62,295 nucleotides of DNA. Origin: Flavobacteriales bacterium (GTDB lineage Bacteria; Bacteroidota; Bacteroidia; CAIKAF01). Below are positions 58,501 to 62,295 of this stretch, piece after piece. Both the position numbers and the translations under genes were made by a program. The notes beneath the pieces were generated by a model. That model was not told the DNA's origin, did no database searches, and worked only from the letters and a program-made list of their open reading frames with translations. The stretch covers positions 1-62,295 of the forward strand of contig JBIJBG010000001.1 of NCBI GenBank assembly GCA_044345355.1. Reading direction: 5' to 3'. Within the stretch, counting starts at the first letter, position 1. Each line of letters starts with the position of its first letter.

Positions 58501-58797
58501 ATGCTTTACAATCATCCGCGGAACCTCTTTTTGGCCCTTTTTGCGCAGGTAATTTTTTTGAGTGGAATAAAGGGCATAAGAAACCCCCTTGTCTGTAAAG
58601 TAAATTTGAAGGCTGCCGTGATCCACCCCGTAAAGGATTTTTGCCGGATAGTTTCCCAAACGGCCGTCAAACTGACCTTTGTTTTCAATAAAACCCCGGT
58701 AAGCCCACTCAAATCTTTTTGGTGTTTCAGATTGAGCAAAAGTGCCCCAAAATGAAAAGATCAGAACTGCACAGCCGGCCCAAAAACGAACAATCAT
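55513..58797 (-). CDS. Giant secreted protein: beta-propeller (SBBP-like) repeats + SprB-type repeats + T9SS type B C-terminal sorting domain
   Basis: From ATG 58797 (MIVRFWAGCAVLIFSFWGTFAQ). It has repeats of the form C.G..NG.A.V.VSGG..PY.Y.W (for example CAGQNNGTASVNVSGGTAPYSYVWQPG). C-terminus LPNIITPNNDGVNDLL...FNRWG...DGVYFLVI. Confidence 0.85.
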   Translation of the reverse strand: MIVRFWAGCAVLIFSFWGTFAQSETPKRFEWAYRGFIENKGQFDGRLGNYPAKILYGVDHGSLQIYFTDKGVSYALYSTQKNYLRKKGQKEVPRMIVKHEIIHFSFEGMNPEVRCEGQNQRTDTHTYPTENSRNHGYREGIRAYEKLVYPNIYPNIDLEYSFHPNGGLKYAFVVHPGGNTEDIRMSVTEKNRLTKDDSENLTVKTIFGPITDRKPVTFYQNRPDNIIFSSFSVYNNTFGFKVGGYDKTKTIIIDPWTLTPNAFSNSNKIWETETDQNGNVYVYGGDSPLRLRKYNASGALQWTYNTPWDTANYWVGTLKTDLAGNSYITTGTSGTIRKINTSGTVDWTSANNGPAPEIEFWSLAFNCDYTKLYCGGMRAPNGINVGSYRGVLFELSLVNGAISGFKEVGYSSGGFPPTIKEVRSIATSPNQNIFFLTLDSVGAVSPGFNTLFQIPSGFNFSYGIPDYGVTNQGIHGIAADDAFLYTMNGNSVQRRNINSGNIINSAGIPGGISNLVPFVGGNTPGNSGLVIDTCGNVYVGSATAVHKFSPTLNLLASYNTPSAVYDVALNYNGEVVACGNNFITSINTLNPCPPPPPVCLNCIQITPVPPLCSDAAPITLSVNQTGGTWTGPGITNTATGTFNPATAGPGTHVIHYTINPAPTCGADSIIITVNNCSPPAVCIDDNGNLVASGGAGGPYTWGQETTQQDCSACLFGCVLPPGCAQTVTAWSPFAAGNSINPPAAFPIRLVDANGNFVQINTLSELLPCTDCPGLTVTVVSTTNPICAGQNNGTASVNVSGGTAPYSYVWQPGNFSGASQNNLAPGNYVVTVTDSENCTGSINFSLSAPPPVTVSVGSVTPADCNSANGTAAVAVSGGTGPLNVLWNLNPPQNTLSVSGLSAGDYLVSVTDSAGCSDSVSLSVGVIITDSSLSVIPEITQESCLGNDGAILLNISGGAPPYSFLWSNNAAPDTSLAQNLIAGNYTVNVSDQCYSLVLEITVEQSFSIPLKDLPNIITPNNDGVNDLLDLEDQFVSATDFKAAIFNRWGAPVHRSENKSILWSADNVTDGVYFLVITYTDCTGKQERLSGTVTVAR

Positions 58798-58903
58798 AAA
58801 TTTCAGATAAAAACGTGAATGAAAGTAGATTTCTCCAGTTAAAGTGCCAAACAAAAAACAAGCGCACTAAAATATTACTTTTGTACCAGAAAGATAAACG
58901 AAT

Positions 58904-59911
58904 ATGAATAAGATCAGGGCGGCAGTGCTGGGACAGGGCCACATCGGAAAGCGTCATTCAGAAATGATTCGACGTAATCCGGCCAGCGAGCTTGTTGCCG
59001 TTTGCGATATACGCACGAAAGAGGAAACGGGCTGTGTGGGAATTTCAGAGCCTTATTTTCAATCATCAGACGAACTTTTCGCCTCCGGCCTGGAAATAGA
59101 CGTGGTGCACATTTGTACACCTAACGGGCTTCATGCAATACAAAGTATACAGGCTTTGGAAAACCGCTGCCACGTAGTTGTGGAAAAACCAATGGGGCTT
59201 TCCAAGGCAGAGTGTGAACAGGTTATTTTTAAAGCGCTTGAAATGCATCGGCGTGTTTTTGCCGTGATGCAGAATCGCTATTCCCCGCCCGCAAAATGGC
59301 TTAAATCGGTTGTAGAGTCTGGTGTTTTGGGCGAAATATACATGGTGCAGATCAACTGCTATTGGAACCGGGATGAGCGCTACTATAAAAAAGGCGGATG
59401 GAAGGGAACTCCCGATTTAGACGGAGGTACACTTTTTACCCAGTTCTCCCACTTTATAGACATCATGTATTGGCTTTTCGGCGATATCCGCGATATCAAA
59501 GGCCGCTTTGCCGACTTTAATCATAAAGACCTTACCGCGTTTGAAGACTCCGGAATGGTTTCTTTTGACTTTGTTAACGGAGGCATGGGCAACTTAAATT
59601 ACAGTACGGCCGTGTGGGACTGCAATATGGAAAGCAGCATGACTATCGTCGCCGAAAAAGGAAGTATCAAAGTGGGTGGTCAATATATGGAGAAGGTGGA
59701 GTATTGCCATATTCAAAATTATGAGATGCCGGAACTGGAACCCACGGGACCGGCAAACGATTACGGAGCATATAAGGGTTCGGCAAACAATCATCATCAC
59801 GTAATCGAAAATGTGGTGAATACACTGAACGGAAACACCTCTGCCACTACAAATGCCCTGGAGGGCCTCAAGGTGGTGGATATTATTGAACGGATTTATC
59901 AGCAACGCTAG
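58904..59911 (+). CDS. Gfo/Idh/MocA family NAD-binding oxidoreductase (nucleotide-sugar oxidoreductase-like)
   Basis: MNKIRAAVLGQGHIGKRH Rossmann N-terminus and an EKP motif (VVVEKPMGL). It is adjacent to a nucleotide-sugar dehydrogenase. Confidence 0.85.
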   Translation: MNKIRAAVLGQGHIGKRHSEMIRRNPASELVAVCDIRTKEETGCVGISEPYFQSSDELFASGLEIDVVHICTPNGLHAIQSIQALENRCHVVVEKPMGLSKAECEQVIFKALEMHRRVFAVMQNRYSPPAKWLKSVVESGVLGEIYMVQINCYWNRDERYYKKGGWKGTPDLDGGTLFTQFSHFIDIMYWLFGDIRDIKGRFADFNHKDLTAFEDSGMVSFDFVNGGMGNLNYSTAVWDCNMESSMTIVAEKGSIKVGGQYMEKVEYCHIQNYEMPELEPTGPANDYGAYKGSANNHHHVIENVVNTLNGNTSATTNALEGLKVVDIIERIYQQR

Positions 59912-59977
59912 TTCGCCGAAAATCCTTCAAAAAATACTATCTTCGCCATTAACGAATCAAGCACAATAACACCACCC

Positions 59978-61282
59978 ATGAACAACCTCTACTCTTCCCT
60001 CTTGGCCAAAGAAGAAAAATTGGCGGTTATAGGCTTGGGTTATGTGGGCCTGCCGATAGCCCTGGCATTTGCCCGCAAAATATCCGTTATAGGCTTCGAT
60101 ATAAACGCTTCCCGTGTGGAAATGATGCGCCATGGGATAGACCCGAGCAATGAACTTGACCCATCTGAATTTACCGGGTGTGATATAGAATTTACCGACT
60201 CTCTCGAGGTATTGAAACAGGCCCGCTTTTTTATCGTGGCCGTTCCCACGCCCATAGATTCTTTCAATCGCCCCGATCTTACCCCGCTTATCAAAGCATC
60301 CGAATCTGTAGGAAAGGTGCTTAAAAAAGGAGACTATGTCGTGTACGAATCCACGGTTTACCCGGGTTGTACGGAAGAGGATTGTATCCCTGTATTGGAG
60401 CGGGTTTCCGGCCTTAGCTTCCCGCAAGATTTTAAAGTGGGTTATTCACCCGAGCGGATTAATCCGGGCGATAAAGAACACACCCTTTCCAAAATCACCA
60501 AGGTTGTTTCGGGCTGCTGTGTAGAATCATTGGAAATCATAGCCAAAACCTACGAATTGGTCGTTGATGCAGGGGTACATCGTGCACCCAACATCAAAAC
60601 AGCAGAGGCGGCCAAGATTATCGAAAACACCCAGCGCGACCTGAACATTGCCTTGATGAACGAGTTGTCTATTATTTTCGGAAAAATGGGAATCAACACG
60701 TTTGATGTATTGGAGGCCGCTGGAACGAAGTGGAATTTTTTAAAATTTTTCCCGGGCTTGGTGGGGGGGCATTGCATCGGGGTGGACCCATACTATCTCA
60801 CGCACAAAGCAGCGCAGGAAGGATATCATGCCAGGGTTATTCTATCAGGGCGCGAGATTAATGATTACATGGGAGCTCACGTGGCCCGTCAGGTGGTGAA
60901 AAAGCTCATACAAAAGGATGCCGTATTAAAGCAAAGTCGTATTCTCGTCATGGGAACCACCTTCAAAGAAAATGTAAGCGACATTCGCAACAGCAAGGTA
61001 ATTGATGTGATTCAGGAGCTACAGTCTTATCATGTGCAGGTGGAGGCCGTTGATCCTTTCGCATCCCCGGAGGAGTTTGAACATGAGTATAATTTTGCGC
61101 TGGCATCTGGGATAAATGGAAAATATGATGCCGTGATAGTGGCTGTTTCTCATTCCGATTATTTAACTATGCAGGCGGATGATTTTCGTGCGATATTGAC
61201 CCCAAAAGGCATACTCGCCGACCTGAAAGGGCTTTACCGCCGGTCAGGCTGGAATTCGGATTTTGATTATTGGAGTCTTTAA
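59978..61282 (+). CDS. Nucleotide-sugar (UDP-N-acetyl-hexosamine-type) dehydrogenase
   Basis: LAVIGLGYVGLP NAD site, YSPERINPGD and GGHCIGVDP catalytic Cys. The 434-aa length is typical of the TviB/WbpO/Cap5O group. Confidence 0.88.
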   Translation: MNNLYSSLLAKEEKLAVIGLGYVGLPIALAFARKISVIGFDINASRVEMMRHGIDPSNELDPSEFTGCDIEFTDSLEVLKQARFFIVAVPTPIDSFNRPDLTPLIKASESVGKVLKKGDYVVYESTVYPGCTEEDCIPVLERVSGLSFPQDFKVGYSPERINPGDKEHTLSKITKVVSGCCVESLEIIAKTYELVVDAGVHRAPNIKTAEAAKIIENTQRDLNIALMNELSIIFGKMGINTFDVLEAAGTKWNFLKFFPGLVGGHCIGVDPYYLTHKAAQEGYHARVILSGREINDYMGAHVARQVVKKLIQKDAVLKQSRILVMGTTFKENVSDIRNSKVIDVIQELQSYHVQVEAVDPFASPEEFEHEYNFALASGINGKYDAVIVAVSHSDYLTMQADDFRAILTPKGILADLKGLYRRSGWNSDFDYWSL

Positions 61283-61284
61283 TC

Positions 61285-62295
61285 ATGGAAAAAACTATTT
61301 TTATCACCGGTGGTGCCGGGTTTATCGGTTCGCACGTAGTGCGGCTTTTTGTTACCCGTTATCCGCAGTATAGAATAGTTAACCTGGATGCATTGACCTA
61401 TGCGGGCAATCTGGAAAACCTCCGGGATATAGATCAAAAGCCTAATTACCATTTTGAAAAAGCGGACATCACCGAACAGGAAAAACTGGACTATCTTTTT
61501 TCAGAATACAAGCCATCCGGAGTTATTCATCTGGCGGCAGAAAGCCACGTGGACCGTTCTATAGAGGACCCCATGGCTTTTGTAAAAACGAATGTACTCG
61601 GAACAGTCAACCTGCTCAATTCTGCCAAAAAAATCTGGGAAGGAAATTATGCCGACAAACGTTTTTATCACGTAAGTACCGATGAGGTTTATGGTTCTTT
61701 GGGCGAGACCGGTTTTTTTACAGAAACCACACCATATGATCCACAAAGTCCATATTCCGCATCAAAGGCATCTTCTGATCATTTTGTGAGGGCTTATGCC
61801 AACACCTACGGATTTCCGGTAGTCCTCAGCAACTGCAGCAACAATTATGGTCCGAACCATTTTCCCGAAAAGTTGATTCCACTGGTCATTCATAACATCC
61901 GAAACAAAAAGCCCATCCCCGTATATGGAAAAGGAGATAATGTGCGTGACTGGTTGTTTGTGGTAGATCATTCCCGCGCCATAGATGTTATTTTTCATCA
62001 GGGAAAATCAGGAGAAACGTACAACATCGGCGGCCTGAATGAAAAGCAGAATATTGAAGTGGTAAGAACGCTTTGCCGAACGATGGATGCTAAGTTGGGT
62101 CGTGCAGAAGGCGAGTCGGAAAAGTTGATTTCTTTTGTAAAAGACCGCCCCGGACACGACCATCGTTATGCCATTGACGCCACGAAGCTTACTAAGGAAT
62201 TGGGCTGGCAGCCTTCTGTTACCTTTGAGCAGGGTATTGAAAAAACAGTGGATTGGTATCTGAACAACGGAGAATGGCTGGACCATGTCACTTCC
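61285..62295 (+). CDS. rfbB: dTDP-glucose 4,6-dehydratase (3' end runs off the window; partial, so absent from the ORF track)
   Basis: My translation reads MEKTIFITGGAGFIGSHVV...LDALTYAGNLENL...HVSTDEVYG...YSASKASSDH...GDNVRDWL. Confidence 0.92.
   Translation, partial: MEKTIFITGGAGFIGSHVVRLFVTRYPQYRIVNLDALTYAGNLENLRDIDQKPNYHFEKADITEQEKLDYLFSEYKPSGVIHLAAESHVDRSIEDPMAFVKTNVLGTVNLLNSAKKIWEGNYADKRFYHVSTDEVYGSLGETGFFTETTPYDPQSPYSASKASSDHFVRAYANTYGFPVVLSNCSNNYGPNHFPEKLIPLVIHNIRNKKPIPVYGKGDNVRDWLFVVDHSRAIDVIFHQGKSGETYNIGGLNEKQNIEVVRTLCRTMDAKLGRAEGESEKLISFVKDRPGHDHRYAIDATKLTKELGWQPSVTFEQGIEKTVDWYLNNGEWLDHVTS

Noticed and set aside
51836-58900. Integrative genomic island at tRNA-Asn spanning the hydrolase and both T9SS cargo genes
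   Set aside because: There is no integrase or excisionase, and no repeat of the tRNA 3' end anywhere downstream that I could find. The T9SS cargo genes have ordinary composition.
59957-60427. 156-aa minus-strand ORF overlapping the nucleotide-sugar dehydrogenase start
   Set aside because: The plus-strand gene has unambiguous NAD-binding and catalytic motifs. The antisense ORF has none.
61501-62286. Minus-strand ORFs at the right edge
   Set aside because: They lie antisense to a clear, partial dTDP-glucose 4,6-dehydratase gene starting at 61285.

Overview
This 62.3-kb chromosomal segment comes from a gliding member of the Bacteroidota. Supporting evidence: gldH, type A and type B T9SS C-terminal sorting domains, SprB-type repeats, and TAnnTTTG-type -7 promoter boxes. 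I call about 57 protein-coding genes and one tRNA-Asn(GTT). Two of the genes are partial, lie at the window edges, and are missing from the ORF track. Most genes are housekeeping: folE, queD, tsaB, recJ, deoC, PBP1A, holB, pgk, rluB, rpiB, mnmG and ybeY. They are interspersed with envelope and secreted functions: a VIT/vWA pair, a YceI/heme/beta-barrel operon, a GT4 plus polymerase-like membrane protein, T9SS cargo proteins, and the start of a nucleotide-sugar cluster. I saw no rRNA, CRISPR array, transposase, integrase or recognisable defence system, and I cannot point to a convincing novel multi-gene system. The least explained structures are: (1) a ~0.96-kb ORF-free island of ~24 % GC between rpiB and mnmG, which contains a perfect 35-nt palindromic terminator-like hairpin and a few DnaA-box-like 9-mers; (2) an identical 14-bp palindrome, GTTCCACGTGGAAC, placed immediately on both sides of mnmG; (3) a host-encoded, signal-peptide-bearing tail-fibre/tail-collar-like protein with many HxH motifs; (4) a translationally coupled GH3-family amido-synthetase plus LysE exporter pair. 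Where the longest ORF in the track overlaps a neighbouring gene, I adjusted the start codon by eye. All functional calls rest on motif recognition, not on database searches.
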